From the NCBI GenBank assembly GCA_963748215.1, contig CAVVHS010000006.1:352001-416000 (forward strand): a DNA stretch of 64,000 nt, read 5' to 3'. The stretch comes from an uncultured Gammaproteobacteria bacterium. GTDB taxonomy: Bacteria > Pseudomonadota > Gammaproteobacteria > UBA9214. The position numbers were made by a program, and so were the translations under genes. Position 1 is the stretch's first letter. Each line of letters starts with the position of its first letter. Below are positions 8,935 to 19,165 of the stretch, one piece after another. Below the pieces are notes generated by a model. It searched no databases. It was not told the origin of the DNA and saw only the letters and a program-made list of their open reading frames with translations.

Positions 8935-9377
8935 GCGGTGCTGCCGCCGAACCGCTTGCTCATTTTCACGTGGGCGATACGGTTGAACAGCGTGTGTCCG
9001 GCGCCATCCACCGCATAACCCTGCTTGCGATAGAAGCCAAGCGCGGTTTCCCGTGCATCCAGTACGATGCGTGCGGCGCCCAGTGCGCACGCCCTGTGCT
9101 CGAGCGCATGGAGCAGCCGGCTGCCGAGACCGCTGCGCTGCTGCGCTACCTCGACCGCCATGAAGCGGATCTGCGCCTCGCGGATGGTGTTGAAATGCAG
9201 GCGTCCCACGGCCAGCGGCTTGCCGCCGTCATCGACCAGCATGAGATGGGTGCTGCCGGCATCCTGCGCATCGCACTCGCTGCCGCGTGGCTGGTCCCAG
9301 GGCGCGCGCAGGATGCGCCAGCGCAGGTCGTAGTATCGCCGGTACTCGTCGGCGCTGGTCGGCTCGATGAGGCGCAT
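8922..9377 (-). CDS. GNAT-family N-acetyltransferase
   Basis: QIRFMAV...QRSGLGSRLL, LDARETALGFYRKQGY. Confidence 0.88.
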   Translation of the reverse strand: MRLIEPTSADEYRRYYDLRWRILRAPWDQPRGSECDAQDAGSTHLMLVDDGGKPLAVGRLHFNTIREAQIRFMAVEVAQQRSGLGSRLLHALEHRACALGAARIVLDARETALGFYRKQGYAVDGAGHTLFNRIAHVKMSKRFGGSTAQGR

Positions 9378-9397
9378 GCCGGGCCGGGTGCGGTTGC

Positions 9398-10009
9398 TCA
9401 GGCGAACACGACCCAGGTAGTGGCGATGTACTTGACGCCCTGCTCGAGTCTGGCGCCACGGTGTTCGTGGGTCCAGAACGGCGGAAACAGCAGCAGCTTG
9501 CCGGCCTCGGGCTGAATCTGGACGTCCTGGCAGGAAAACTCGGTGGCCCCGCCGGGGCCGGGCACATCGTTCAGGTACCAGACCGCCACCAGCTGGCGCT
9601 GGCTGAAATCGTGGCTGCCGCCGTCGATGTGCCAGTGATAGAACTCGCCGGGCAGGGTGCGCTGGATGGCATAGCCGCTGTCCTTGAATGGGCCGCCGAA
9701 AAAGGGATAGGCATTGCGGAATTCCTGGATGGCCCGTCCCAGCGACCGAAACAGCTCGCGATCGATGTCCTGCCAGTGTTCCTTGCCGCTGACCACCAGG
9801 TCGGTCGAGCGCTTGATGTCGCGTTCCTGCTGCACGGTCTGGCCGACGCGGCCGGGATACTGTTCATCCGTGCGTTCCTCGAAGCGGCGGATCATCTCGT
9901 TGCATATGTCGAGCGGCAATGCGCGTGGCTTCTCGAAGATGAAACTCAGCGGCTTTACCTCGCGGAGAGTGGTCAGTGGCGCGGTCGGTGCCGTAGCGGA
10001 TTGTTTCAT
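9398..10009 (-). CDS. 2OG-Fe(II) oxygenase (prolyl-4-hydroxylase-like)
   Basis: YHWHIDG, WYLNDV..GGATEF, LLFPPFWTHEHRG, KYIATTW; start taken at MKQSAT. Confidence 0.85.
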   Translation of the reverse strand: MKQSATAPTAPLTTLREVKPLSFIFEKPRALPLDICNEMIRRFEERTDEQYPGRVGQTVQQERDIKRSTDLVVSGKEHWQDIDRELFRSLGRAIQEFRNAYPFFGGPFKDSGYAIQRTLPGEFYHWHIDGGSHDFSQRQLVAVWYLNDVPGPGGATEFSCQDVQIQPEAGKLLLFPPFWTHEHRGARLEQGVKYIATTWVVFA

Positions 10010-10029
10010 GACAGTCGGTGTCTGCGTGG

Positions 10030-11115
10030 TCAGAGCTGGTTCGATTCGATGGTGGCGATGAGTTGCTGCCGGCACCCGGTGCCTTGCCGGTCGAACAGGT
10101 CAAGCAGCTCGCCGGCCAGTGTCGTCCAGTGCGCCGCCGAGCGGTCAGAGAGTTGCTCGAGTTCACGGGTATTCCCGGTAATCGTCCAGATCTCGTAGGC
10201 GGCGAGCAGTTGCGGAAACAGTTCCTTGCGCATGCTGGACAGGCTGCCGATGTAGCAATGCAGTGTCGCCGGGTTGTTCTCCGCCAGCAGGCCGGGCAGC
10301 GTCGAAAGCGCGTCCGCCAGGTGATCGCGCACGGCGCGCAGCATGATCTCCTCCCTGCTGTGGCCGAGTCTCACCAGCATGTCTTCCCAGCCGGGACCGA
10401 GCAGTTTGCCGGCCTGCACCTCGCCGATCTCGTGCAGCATCACCGTGTTCAGCTCGCTGTCGGTCATCGCCTCGAGCGATTCGTCCGGTGCGTTCTCGAA
10501 GTCATAGCACTCGAGGGCGTGCTGCATGGCATTGGCCGGGCGGTTCCAGCGCCATTCCTCGAGTCGTTCCCACAGCATCCTGCGCAGCGACTCGCGACGG
10601 ATGAAGATGGTGCCGTCCAGGCTCATGGCCGGCGGCGCAGCGAGGTCGCGCGCCAGCTCCCGGCCGGATACCAGCAACTGGTAATCATCACGTTGCCGGT
10701 GGACCTCGAGCGTGCCCATGAAGAACACCGGCTTCATGCCGGGACCGTAGCCGCTGCTGTAGACATACCCGAGCGGATTCAGCACGGCATTGATCGCGGC
10801 GCTATCGAAAGGACTGAAGCGTTCATTGCCGACCGGTATATTCTCGAAGCGGCTGTGCTCGAGGCTGTCCCAGTGCGTCTCGCGCCGGGTCAGCCAGTCG
10901 GTCAGCTGGTCGTGCGGCAAGGCGGCCCCGAACGGCAGGCCGTGTTCCCAGCGAAAGTACTCGCGCATCTTGAGCAGGTAGACGCACAGGGTGTAGTTGG
11001 TGGCGAATTGCGCATCGGAGATATGGCAGTTGGTGCGCACAGCACCGAGCGTCGGCATCAGTGCGCTGATGTCGGCTGCTGCTGCGAATGGACTGGGTCT
11101 GCCGTTGGTCTTCAC
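10030..11115 (-). CDS. Conserved protein (Sfum_1244-like)
   Basis: NCHISDA..YTLCVYLLKMREYFRWE, LARDLAAPPAM, LHEIGE, RAVRDHLAD; start uncertain. Confidence 0.7.
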   Translation of the reverse strand: MKTNGRPSPFAAAADISALMPTLGAVRTNCHISDAQFATNYTLCVYLLKMREYFRWEHGLPFGAALPHDQLTDWLTRRETHWDSLEHSRFENIPVGNERFSPFDSAAINAVLNPLGYVYSSGYGPGMKPVFFMGTLEVHRQRDDYQLLVSGRELARDLAAPPAMSLDGTIFIRRESLRRMLWERLEEWRWNRPANAMQHALECYDFENAPDESLEAMTDSELNTVMLHEIGEVQAGKLLGPGWEDMLVRLGHSREEIMLRAVRDHLADALSTLPGLLAENNPATLHCYIGSLSSMRKELFPQLLAAYEIWTITGNTRELEQLSDRSAAHWTTLAGELLDLFDRQGTGCRQQLIATIESNQL

Positions 11116-11221
11116 ACTCGTTACCCTGATAATTCCGCTGTTTTTTCTATGCTAGCATGTGACATTATGCCTCGCCATTATCATCGTCTGGCAGCCAGGA
11201 CGGGGCGGCAGGAGAGCCGGT

Positions 11222-11779
11222 GTGAGAGTCAAGAGCAAGTGGAATATCAAGGAACGGGAACGCAGTCTGGCCGAGATCGGCGGCGCGGCAGCGTTTATCC
11301 TGTGGCGCATTGCGCAGCAGGGTACGCTCAACCTCGAGAACGAGGGCTTCCAGACCGACACCAACGCCCAGCGCCTGGATATCATCGCGGAGTTTGTGGC
11401 TTTTCTGGTGCACATGGCCGACCGGCTGAAGGCCACGGAGCTGGACCAGACGCAACGCCAGGAATTCATCACTTCGCTGGCGCGTCACCTGGCGGACCAG
11501 GTGCAGGACAACCGTACCGATGCGCAGGGCAAGGGAGAATACCGGCAGGCGTTTATCGAACTGCTCAACTCACGTACCGCGGACTACGCCGAATTTACCA
11601 TGGTGGATGGCGAGCCCGGCTACGCCCTGAAACGCTACTTCGGGGAGAACGTGCGCGCCGTGATGGGCGAGAAGGACAACAAGTGGATCACCGACCAGGT
11701 GATGGAAATCGAGTTGCCCGAGGCGATGACACCGCTGCGCAAGGCGCTGCGCGAGCTGTTTGCGCGCCCGGAGACATAA
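11222..11779 (+). CDS. Conserved hypothetical protein
   Basis: GTG start after AGGAG; VRVKSKWN...WRIA...NLENEGF...KWITDQVMEIE. Confidence 0.7.
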   Translation: MRVKSKWNIKERERSLAEIGGAAAFILWRIAQQGTLNLENEGFQTDTNAQRLDIIAEFVAFLVHMADRLKATELDQTQRQEFITSLARHLADQVQDNRTDAQGKGEYRQAFIELLNSRTADYAEFTMVDGEPGYALKRYFGENVRAVMGEKDNKWITDQVMEIELPEAMTPLRKALRELFARPET

Positions 11780-11806
11780 AAAAAGGCGGGGCAGGCCCGC
11801 CTTTTT
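11778..11806. terminator. Bidirectional rho-independent terminator
   Basis: aaaaaa-ggcgggg-cagg-cccgcc-ttttt between convergent genes. Confidence 0.75.
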
Positions 11807-11825
11807 CAGTTCGACCCCGCGGGGT

Positions 11826-12020
11826 CTATTTTTTCCACTCGCCGAAGTTGTCGGCGTTGTGCGCCTTGCCGTCTTCGTAGCCGGCGGAGTAGGCGTCGGT
11901 GACACGCTGCTCTTCACGCTCCGGGTTCAGCAGGTAACCGCCCTGCCAGCCCTGGATGTAATCCGGGTCGACGCCATTTTCTTCCATCTTGGTGACTGCG
12001 TTGTAGTATTCCTGGTTCAT
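11826..12020 (-). CDS. Alvin_2107-like small sulfur-oxidation-associated protein
   Basis: YY..VTKME..GVDPDYIQGW.GGYL.NP.REEQRVTDAY.AGYEDG, recognised from memory. Confidence 0.7.
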   Translation of the reverse strand: MNQEYYNAVTKMEENGVDPDYIQGWQGGYLLNPEREEQRVTDAYSAGYEDGKAHNADNFGEWKK

Positions 12021-12078
12021 CGTTGCTTCCTCGTCTCGGTCTATGTTTGGGTTGAAAGGGTTGCCGCCGCGCGCCTGT

Positions 12079-13209
12079 TCAGCCGCGTGCCGCCGTAAAG
12101 TGTGACAGTGCTGCCCCCGAATCGATTGCCGCTGCTACCGCTGCCGCCGCGTCCTCGAGGGTGGCGTGGCGGCGCAGGTGATGCAGCATGATGGCGGCGC
12201 CGTAGACCAGGCTGTCACGTGCCGCGCCCGGTATTCCCTGCAGTGCGGACAGGCCGGCCGCTGCCGCAGCCTGCGCCGCTGCCGCGCTGTCGAATGCTGC
12301 TGTGTCACTGCCTTCGATGGTGTCCGGTGCATTGTCCTGCGGGAGCGGGACAGTGCGGGTCTGCTGCACGATACCGATCATTTCGGGGTGTACTTCCTGC
12401 GGGTATTCCGCGCCGCCGTCATGATAGCAGAATACCAATGCCGGTTGTTTCAGCGAGGGAATGACGCCGCCCTCGACGCCGCGAATGATGGCCGCCGAGG
12501 CGAAGCCGGCGTGGCGCGCCAGCTGCGCATAGACCGGCGGATAGGCCTTGTGCACATAGCCGGTCATCAGATGGGTACGTGCGGCACCGCGCACCGGTCC
12601 GGTCAGCGTTTCGACCGTGGTCAGGACCGGTCGCTTCACGATGCGGGTGCGCAGCGGGATCAGGTCATGCAGGCGGGGCGCGGAGTGCTTCTGGTCCACG
12701 TAGCCCCAGCCGATGGCGGGGTCGGCGATCCGGGCGGCAGCCTGTTGCGGGGAGAGGTCGACCTCGACGCCGGCGGCACGCAGTACCTTGCGGTGCGTGA
12801 CGCCATACTTCGGGCCGACGGCTTCCAGGCCGTGCGTGACGGCCGGTACACCGCAGGCGGCAAATACAGCCGGCAGGAAGGGCGACATCGGCAGTCCACG
12901 CGTGTAACCGTCATAGGGATCGGCCACGTCGATGAGTTCGTCGACGGCGGCGGTGACCGGGTTCATGGTGTCGAGAATGGCCTGCAGTACGCCGGCGTTC
13001 TCCGCGTCGGTCTCGCGCTTCATGCGCAGGGCGATCAGCAGCACGGCCGCCTGAACCGGATCCGATTTTCCTTCCAGGATGTGACGCATGGCGGCATAGG
13101 CCTCATCGAAGGGCAGGTCCTTGCTGAACTCCGGGCCGGTCGCCACCTTCTGGATGCAGCTACGCATCAACAGGTCGGTGTCGCTCCCGCTTATCATCCG
13201 TGCCGCCAT
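12079..13209 (-). CDS. Anthranilate phosphoribosyltransferase-like (glycosyltransferase family 3) protein
   Basis: QKVATGPEFSKDL, LIALRMKRET, DPYDGY, GPKYG, GYVHKAY, RGVEGG. Confidence 0.8.
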   Translation of the reverse strand: MAARMISGSDTDLLMRSCIQKVATGPEFSKDLPFDEAYAAMRHILEGKSDPVQAAVLLIALRMKRETDAENAGVLQAILDTMNPVTAAVDELIDVADPYDGYTRGLPMSPFLPAVFAACGVPAVTHGLEAVGPKYGVTHRKVLRAAGVEVDLSPQQAAARIADPAIGWGYVDQKHSAPRLHDLIPLRTRIVKRPVLTTVETLTGPVRGAARTHLMTGYVHKAYPPVYAQLARHAGFASAAIIRGVEGGVIPSLKQPALVFCYHDGGAEYPQEVHPEMIGIVQQTRTVPLPQDNAPDTIEGSDTAAFDSAAAAQAAAAAGLSALQGIPGAARDSLVYGAAIMLHHLRRHATLEDAAAAVAAAIDSGAALSHFTAARG

Positions 13210-13451
13210 AATACTTCGCTAGCTTGTTGTTTCAATTGGATTTACAGTCGAGTCGAGGAGTATACAGGAGGGTAAATTGACCCCGTATATCCCGATGGAG
13301 AGAGTAATGGCAGTCCTGAGTTGCGTTGTATCCATATGAAAATCGTAGACATTCTCTCTTTAGAGGTATTCGATACCGAGCTGCGAATGACTAGCATAGA
13401 CACTCTCTCATCCCGGTGCGTCCGGGAAATCCACGACCCAAGAGGCAGTGC

Positions 13452-13886
13452 ATGGCAGACGAGCTGAACAGTTCCGACTATAGCAGTGGAGTGGCCGCAT
13501 TCGAGGCCAAGAATTTTTCCCAGGCGATGCGGCTGCTGTCGCCGCTGGCGGATGCCGGCGATGCCGATGCGCAGCACCGCGTGGCGATCATGTGCCAGAA
13601 CGGTCTCGGCATGGTGCGTAACGAACTCCGCGCCTACAAGATGATGAAGGCCGCTGCCGAGCAGGGTTACGCGATCGCCCAGCACGGTCTCGGCTTCATG
13701 TACCTGGAGGGCGAGTGCGTCGAGCAGGACAGTGCCAGGGCGGCCGAGTGGTTTCGCAAGGCGGCCGACCAGGGGCTGGCGGGTTCGCTCACGACCCTGG
13801 CCCTGATGTACGAACAGGGTAACGGTGTCGAGAAAGACCCGGATGAGGCGAAGCGGCTCTATGCCAGGGCCGGGTTTGACCTCTGA
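13452..13886 (+). CDS. Sel1-repeat protein
   Basis: AAEQGYAIAQHGLGFMYLEGECVEQD..AAEWFRKAADQG repeats. Confidence 0.88.
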   Translation: MADELNSSDYSSGVAAFEAKNFSQAMRLLSPLADAGDADAQHRVAIMCQNGLGMVRNELRAYKMMKAAAEQGYAIAQHGLGFMYLEGECVEQDSARAAEWFRKAADQGLAGSLTTLALMYEQGNGVEKDPDEAKRLYARAGFDL

Positions 13887-13916
13887 CGCGGCCGCTTGCT
13901 GAGCGGAGCGGCCTAC

Positions 13917-15050
13917 ATGGACCTGACGGCGGAAGACGACCTGCGGGTGAACGTACTGCTGGCCGGCACGCTCAAGGCCGTGCGCATCGACGAATCCAAG
14001 ATGACGCTGCATGCGCTGTCCGACAAGGGTGAAGCGAAGATCCAGCTGAATCCGAACTGTCGCGACGAATCCTACCTGCGGCGCGTGCGTGAGACCCTGT
14101 CCAGCCACGTGCTGGGTTCGCCGGGCGGATACCCGGTTTACCTGAAGCGCTGGACGCGCATGGGCCAGGCGCGTGACAGCATCCTCGAATCGCTGTTGCT
14201 GCTGGGCGAGCCCGAGGCGGTGGTGGCCGTGGTCAATGCACCGGGTATTACCGATGAAATCGCCAGTCGCGCCTGGTGGGCGTCGCAGAATTCCGAGAAC
14301 GCGCGCTGCATGCTGCGCCAGGAGGCGGTGATGGAGGGGCGCATGGGGCCGGTACTGGCGCAGTTTCTGCTCGAATTCCTGCCGTTCGAGGAAGAGGCGC
14401 GGGATCAGATCCGCTCGGTGCAGCTGGTGCTGCAGGGGGAGCTGATCGATGCCGCGGAACGGCAGTGCCTGTGGGAAAAGGGCAAACACCGCAACGCGTT
14501 CCACGTCGGCTTCCTGCAGGCCCTGCCTGATGATCTGCCGGACGAACAGGCGCCCGGCCCGGCCTGGGAGCAGGTGGGACGGGCAGTAGCGGCTCTCATG
14601 CCGGTGGGCAATCCGTTCGCCATGCAGTTGTGCCGCCTGCTTGGCCCGGCGGGTCAGGCGTTTCTTGCCACTGTCGAGAGTGTGCTGAAGAAACCGTCCA
14701 ATCAGGACGTCGTGGTCGAGTTGATGCACGCACTGGCAGCCCATGCGCGCGACCTGCCTGTCCCGCGAACGCGATTCACCCGTGTCGATGAAATCAGCGC
14801 GGTCGTGGATCAACTGCTCGCCGCTGCCGGGCAGGGCGATCCCGCATGGCGGGATCTCGCGGACGTATTGCAGGAATTGCCAGGCAATGTGCATCATATC
14901 CGTGCGATGCTGTTTCTTGGACTGCTGGATGAGCCGCTGCTCGATCCGGTGTTCGCGGGGACCGACGCGATCGGTTCGGTCATGCGCAAGAAGCTCGAAC
15001 CGGTCACCGGGCCCATGCTGCAGCAGATCGCAGTTCTCAGGGGTTTGTAA
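13917..15050 (+). CDS. dsrS: DsrS protein
   Basis: ED.LR.NVLL..AVRIDES, LNPNCRDE.YL..VRE.LS.HVLGSPGGYPVYL.RWTRMGQ, TDAIGS.MR.KL.P. Confidence 0.85.
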   Translation: MDLTAEDDLRVNVLLAGTLKAVRIDESKMTLHALSDKGEAKIQLNPNCRDESYLRRVRETLSSHVLGSPGGYPVYLKRWTRMGQARDSILESLLLLGEPEAVVAVVNAPGITDEIASRAWWASQNSENARCMLRQEAVMEGRMGPVLAQFLLEFLPFEEEARDQIRSVQLVLQGELIDAAERQCLWEKGKHRNAFHVGFLQALPDDLPDEQAPGPAWEQVGRAVAALMPVGNPFAMQLCRLLGPAGQAFLATVESVLKKPSNQDVVVELMHALAAHARDLPVPRTRFTRVDEISAVVDQLLAAAGQGDPAWRDLADVLQELPGNVHHIRAMLFLGLLDEPLLDPVFAGTDAIGSVMRKKLEPVTGPMLQQIAVLRGL

Positions 15051-15068
15051 TCAACAAGGGAATGCCAG

Positions 15069-15329
15069 ATGGTAGATATACGTATGTACTGCACCGCCTT
15101 TTGTCCCTATTGCGTGCGTGCGGAGATGTTGCTCAAGTCAAAGGGCGTGATGGATATCGACAAGATCTTCATCGACAACATGCCGGACGGGTTCCAGGAA
15201 CTGTCCAGGCTGACCGGGCGCAGGACGGTGCCGCAGATCTACATCGGCGAGCAGCATATCGGTGGCTATGATGATCTCGCCGCGCTGGACAAGCGTGGCG
15301 GGCTGGATCCGCTGCTGGCGACGGACTGA
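15069..15329 (+). CDS. grxC: Glutaredoxin 3
   Basis: CPYC active site, RTVPQIYIG..HIGGYDDL. Confidence 0.9.
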   Translation: MVDIRMYCTAFCPYCVRAEMLLKSKGVMDIDKIFIDNMPDGFQELSRLTGRRTVPQIYIGEQHIGGYDDLAALDKRGGLDPLLATD

Positions 15330-15353
15330 TTCACCGCGCGGACGCAGAACAAC

Positions 15354-16754
15354 ATGGATTACCTGCCGATTTTCCTGAAAGTCAGAGAGCGTCCCTGCCT
15401 GGTGGTGGGGGGAGGCAAGGTGGCCGCGCGCAAGGTGGCCCTGTTGCTCAGGGCCGGCGCCCGTGTCACGGTCGTGTCGCCGGAATCCTGCGCCGAGGTC
15501 GCCTCGCAGACGGCCGGGAGCAACGTGACCTGCGTGGAACGCACGTTCCAGCCGGCTGATATCAGCGGCATGGTGCTGGCGATCGCGGCTACCAACGACG
15601 TGGCGGTCAACCGCCACGTGTATGAGCTGGCCACGCAGCAGGGGATTCCGGTCAACGTGGTCGACAATCCCGCCTTGTGCAGTTTCATCGTGCCCTCGAT
15701 CATCGATCGCTCGCCGGTCCAGGTGGCGGTATCCACCGGCGGGGCGTCGCCGGTGCTGGCGCGCCTGTTGCGGGCCCGCCTGGAGAGTTTCATCCCGTCC
15801 GCCTATGGCAGGCTGGCGCGCCTGGTCGATGAATACCGCCAGCGTGTCAAGCTGCGCTTTCCAGGTGCCGGTCAAAGGCGCTACTTCTGGGAAAGCATCC
15901 TGCAGGGGCGTGTTGCCGAGCTGCTGTTTGCCGGCCAGGAGGACAAGGCGCGCGCGGCCTTGCAGGAGGCCATCGACGACACCAGTGAAAACTACGACAG
16001 CGGCGGCGAGGTCTACCTGGTCGGTGCCGGTCCGGGTGATCCCGACCTGATCACCTTTCGCGCGCTGCGGCTGATGCAACAGGCCGACGTGGTGGTGTAC
16101 GACCGGCTGGTCGCACAGCCGATCCTGGACATGGTGCGACGCGATGCCGACCTGATCTATGCAGGCAAGGAACGTGACAAGCATACGCTTAGCCAGGAAA
16201 GCATCAACGAGCTGCTGGTGCGGCTGGCCAGGGAAGGCAAGCGGGTGCTGCGGCTGAAAGGGGGTGACCCCTTCATCTTCGGGCGCGGCGGCGAGGAGAT
16301 CGAGACCCTGGCGCAGGAGGGGATACCCTTCCAGGTGGTGCCAGGGATTACCGCCGCTTCCGGCTGTGCGTCATATGCCGGTATCCCGCTGACGCACCGC
16401 GACCATGCGCAATCCTGCATCTTCGTGACCGGGCACCTGAAAGATGGCAGTGTCAATCTCGACTGGGAGCGATTGGCGAAACCGTCACAGACCATCGTGT
16501 TCTACATGGGCATGTACAGCATAGCCGCGATCAGCAGGGAGTTGATTGCCCACGGCTTGCCGCCGGATACGCCGGTGGCCCTCGTGCAGCAGGGTACCAC
16601 CCCGCAGCAGCGCGTCTATATCGAGACGCTGGCGTCCCTGCCGAGCCTCGGCGAACGTCACGAGGTCAAGCCACCGACCATCATTATCGTGGGTTCGGTT
16701 GTCAGCCTGCACAGCAAGCTCGAGTGGTTCCGCAGCGCCTCGACGGGGCAATAA
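15354..16754 (+). CDS. cysG: Siroheme synthase (multifunctional)
   Basis: [47 protein letters not shown]. Confidence 0.96.
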   Translation: MDYLPIFLKVRERPCLVVGGGKVAARKVALLLRAGARVTVVSPESCAEVASQTAGSNVTCVERTFQPADISGMVLAIAATNDVAVNRHVYELATQQGIPVNVVDNPALCSFIVPSIIDRSPVQVAVSTGGASPVLARLLRARLESFIPSAYGRLARLVDEYRQRVKLRFPGAGQRRYFWESILQGRVAELLFAGQEDKARAALQEAIDDTSENYDSGGEVYLVGAGPGDPDLITFRALRLMQQADVVVYDRLVAQPILDMVRRDADLIYAGKERDKHTLSQESINELLVRLAREGKRVLRLKGGDPFIFGRGGEEIETLAQEGIPFQVVPGITAASGCASYAGIPLTHRDHAQSCIFVTGHLKDGSVNLDWERLAKPSQTIVFYMGMYSIAAISRELIAHGLPPDTPVALVQQGTTPQQRVYIETLASLPSLGERHEVKPPTIIIVGSVVSLHSKLEWFRSASTGQ

Positions 16755-16897
16755 CCTACCAATACTGCATGGTATGGATTCTGCTTTCTGTAGGAATTTT
16801 CCTATTTTCCGTAAATTTCCCGATCGCTAGCCTCACTCGTGTAAAAGTGGTATTAGGGAAAAACAAATAACTTATGGATGATAGAGGAGGGGGGAAG

Positions 16898-17545
16898 ATG
16901 ATCAATGTCATGCTGGTTGATGATCACGGGCTGGTAAGAAACGGTATCAAGCGTATCCTCGACGATGTCGACGGCATTGCCGTCGTTGCCGAGGCGGAAA
17001 ATGGCGAGCAGGCTATCAGGCAGGTGAGAAAGCAACCGCCTGATGTCATCCTCATGGACATCAGTATGCCGGGTATCGGTGGCCTGGAGGCTACCCGAAA
17101 AATCGCGCAGTCCCTGCCGGGTGTCAAGATCATTGCCGTGACGATTCACGATGATGACCCGTTCCCGGCACGCTTGCTGGAAGCCGGGGCGGTCGGTTAT
17201 CTGACCAAGGGTTGCGATGTGCGGGAAATCATCAGCGCGATTCGTTCCGTGCATACCGGCAAGCAGTACATTACACCGGCGGTTGCCCAGAAGCTCGCGC
17301 TGTCCTTTATCAACAATGGTGAGAAATCGCCCATCGACAGGCTGACCCAGCGCGAGACACAGGTCATGCTCATGATTGTGAAAGGCAACACGAACAAGGA
17401 AATCTCGGAAAAGCTCTGCCTGAGCCCCAAGACCACCAGCACCTACCGTTACCGGCTGTTTGACAAGCTGGGCGTGTTCAACGAGGTTGAACTGACACGC
17501 TTCGCCATTCGCTACGGGCTCATCAAGGAAAATATCTCGCATTGA
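16898..17545 (+). CDS. uvrY: UvrY/GacA response regulator
   Basis: LVDDHGLVR.GI, MDISMPGIGGLEATRK, LSPKT.STYRYRLF.KL; upstream of uvrC. Confidence 0.9.
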   Translation: MINVMLVDDHGLVRNGIKRILDDVDGIAVVAEAENGEQAIRQVRKQPPDVILMDISMPGIGGLEATRKIAQSLPGVKIIAVTIHDDDPFPARLLEAGAVGYLTKGCDVREIISAIRSVHTGKQYITPAVAQKLALSFINNGEKSPIDRLTQRETQVMLMIVKGNTNKEISEKLCLSPKTTSTYRYRLFDKLGVFNEVELTRFAIRYGLIKENISH

Positions 17546-17716
17546 TCGACACATGCCGTGCCGGCAGCCTGACCGGGCTGCCGGCCGACCGATGTGCCTG
17601 TGCACGGATTTGAGACGTTCATCAGAGTCTTGCCGGCTCTCCCTGCTAGGCTGTTCCAGGTTGAGCTTCCCAGTCGTCCTTCGGGAAGCTGAAATTATCC
17701 AGGGCAGGAGTGCGAG

Positions 17717-19165
17717 ATGTCTGCGGTACATAGCCGTGCACCGGCGTTTCCCGGTGGACTCGAGTGGTTCAATATTGACGGAACGGTCAAGATGTCGGAA
17801 CAGCGCGGCAAGATCGTGCTGATTGATTTTGGCAGCTATTGTTCGGTCCATTGCCGGCATGCCCTGGCGGATCTCCGTAGACTGCAAGGCAAGTACCGGG
17901 ACGACCTTGTCATTATCGGTGTCCATGCGCCCAGATTTCGCAGTGAATTGCGGCGCACGCACGTGCAGAAGTCAATCAATCGGCATAACGTCGAATTTCC
18001 GGTCATCCACGATGCCGACCAAAAGCTGAGGAAGCTGTATGGCATCAGGATCCTGCCGACCCGGGTGCTGATCGATCATGAAGGCTACATCGTGGGCTCG
18101 CTGTCGGGCGATGGCAAGGCCGTGCGGCTGGATCAGGTCATCGCCAGTCTGCTCGGCAAACGCACGGGAGCTGTCGCAAACCCGGCCAGTTCTTTCAGGC
18201 TCAAGTCCTGTCCGGAGCCGAAGGGTGTGCTGAATTTCCCGGGACACATCGTTGCCGCCAGAGACCGTGTATACATTGTTGACAGCGGGAATCACCGTAT
18301 CCTGGTGACATCGGCAAGCGGTCATGTATTGCGTCAGTATGGCGGCGAGGGGCCGGGATTCCTGGATGGCACAGGCGCGTCGGCCGCATTCAACAATCCG
18401 CAGGGGATTGCGGTGAACGATGATTTCCTGTTTGTGGCCGACGAGGGAAATCATGCGATACGGCGCATCAATCTGCGCACGGACGAGGTAGTGACGATAG
18501 CCGGCACCGGCAGGCAGGGTGGTCTGCAGGCCGGGCCAGGTGACGTGCCGCGGAAAACGGCGCTGAATTCGCCGACGGATATCGTGTTTCATAACGGCGA
18601 TCTGTTTATTGCGATGGCGGGCGCGCACCAGGTCTGGCGCCTGTCCCTGTTGCAGAACACGCTGGAGGTGCTTTCAGGCAGTGGCTGCGAAGGGCTGACG
18701 GATGGTCCGCCAGGCACGGCGTCGTTTGCCCAGCCGACCGGCCTGACGGTATGCGGTGGCAAGTTGTACACCGTCGACGCGATGGCATCCGCGGTACGCT
18801 GCGTGGATCCGGAAACGGGATACGTCACAACCCTGGTCGGCGAGGGGCTGTTCGCATTTGGCGAAGAGGACGGCATCGGGCTGGCCGCGCGGCTGCAGTA
18901 CCCGCTCGATATCAAGGCTGACCAGAGCCAGAACATGCTCTGGGTGGCTGACACGTACAATAACAAGATCAGGAGAATCGGCGTGAAAACCCGGCATGTG
19001 TCCAGCGTGCTGCTTGACCGGCGGCTGGATGAGCCGGGCGGACTGGCGTTTAGCAACAATACCCTTTACATTGCCAATACCAATGCGCACGAAGTGCTGC
19101 GCCTGAACACGAACAATGGCCAGACCGAAGCCCTGAATGTCACCGAAGAGTACATCGAAATTTAA
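17717..19165 (+). CDS. Thioredoxin-like domain plus NHL-repeat protein (NHLRC2/SOQ1-like)
   Basis: RGKIVLIDF.SYCSVHC, IIGVHAPRF, NHL repeats (DSGNHRI, ADEGNHAIR, ADTYNNKIR). Confidence 0.85.
   Translation: MSAVHSRAPAFPGGLEWFNIDGTVKMSEQRGKIVLIDFGSYCSVHCRHALADLRRLQGKYRDDLVIIGVHAPRFRSELRRTHVQKSINRHNVEFPVIHDADQKLRKLYGIRILPTRVLIDHEGYIVGSLSGDGKAVRLDQVIASLLGKRTGAVANPASSFRLKSCPEPKGVLNFPGHIVAARDRVYIVDSGNHRILVTSASGHVLRQYGGEGPGFLDGTGASAAFNNPQGIAVNDDFLFVADEGNHAIRRINLRTDEVVTIAGTGRQGGLQAGPGDVPRKTALNSPTDIVFHNGDLFIAMAGAHQVWRLSLLQNTLEVLSGSGCEGLTDGPPGTASFAQPTGLTVCGGKLYTVDAMASAVRCVDPETGYVTTLVGEGLFAFGEEDGIGLAARLQYPLDIKADQSQNMLWVADTYNNKIRRIGVKTRHVSSVLLDRRLDEPGGLAFSNNTLYIANTNAHEVLRLNTNNGQTEALNVTEEYIEI

Noticed and set aside
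10018-11880. 620-aa plus-strand ORF and other long antisense ORFs (e.g. 13242-14897, 39262-40566)
   Set aside because: Shadow ORFs of real genes in GC-rich DNA, with no recognisable motifs.
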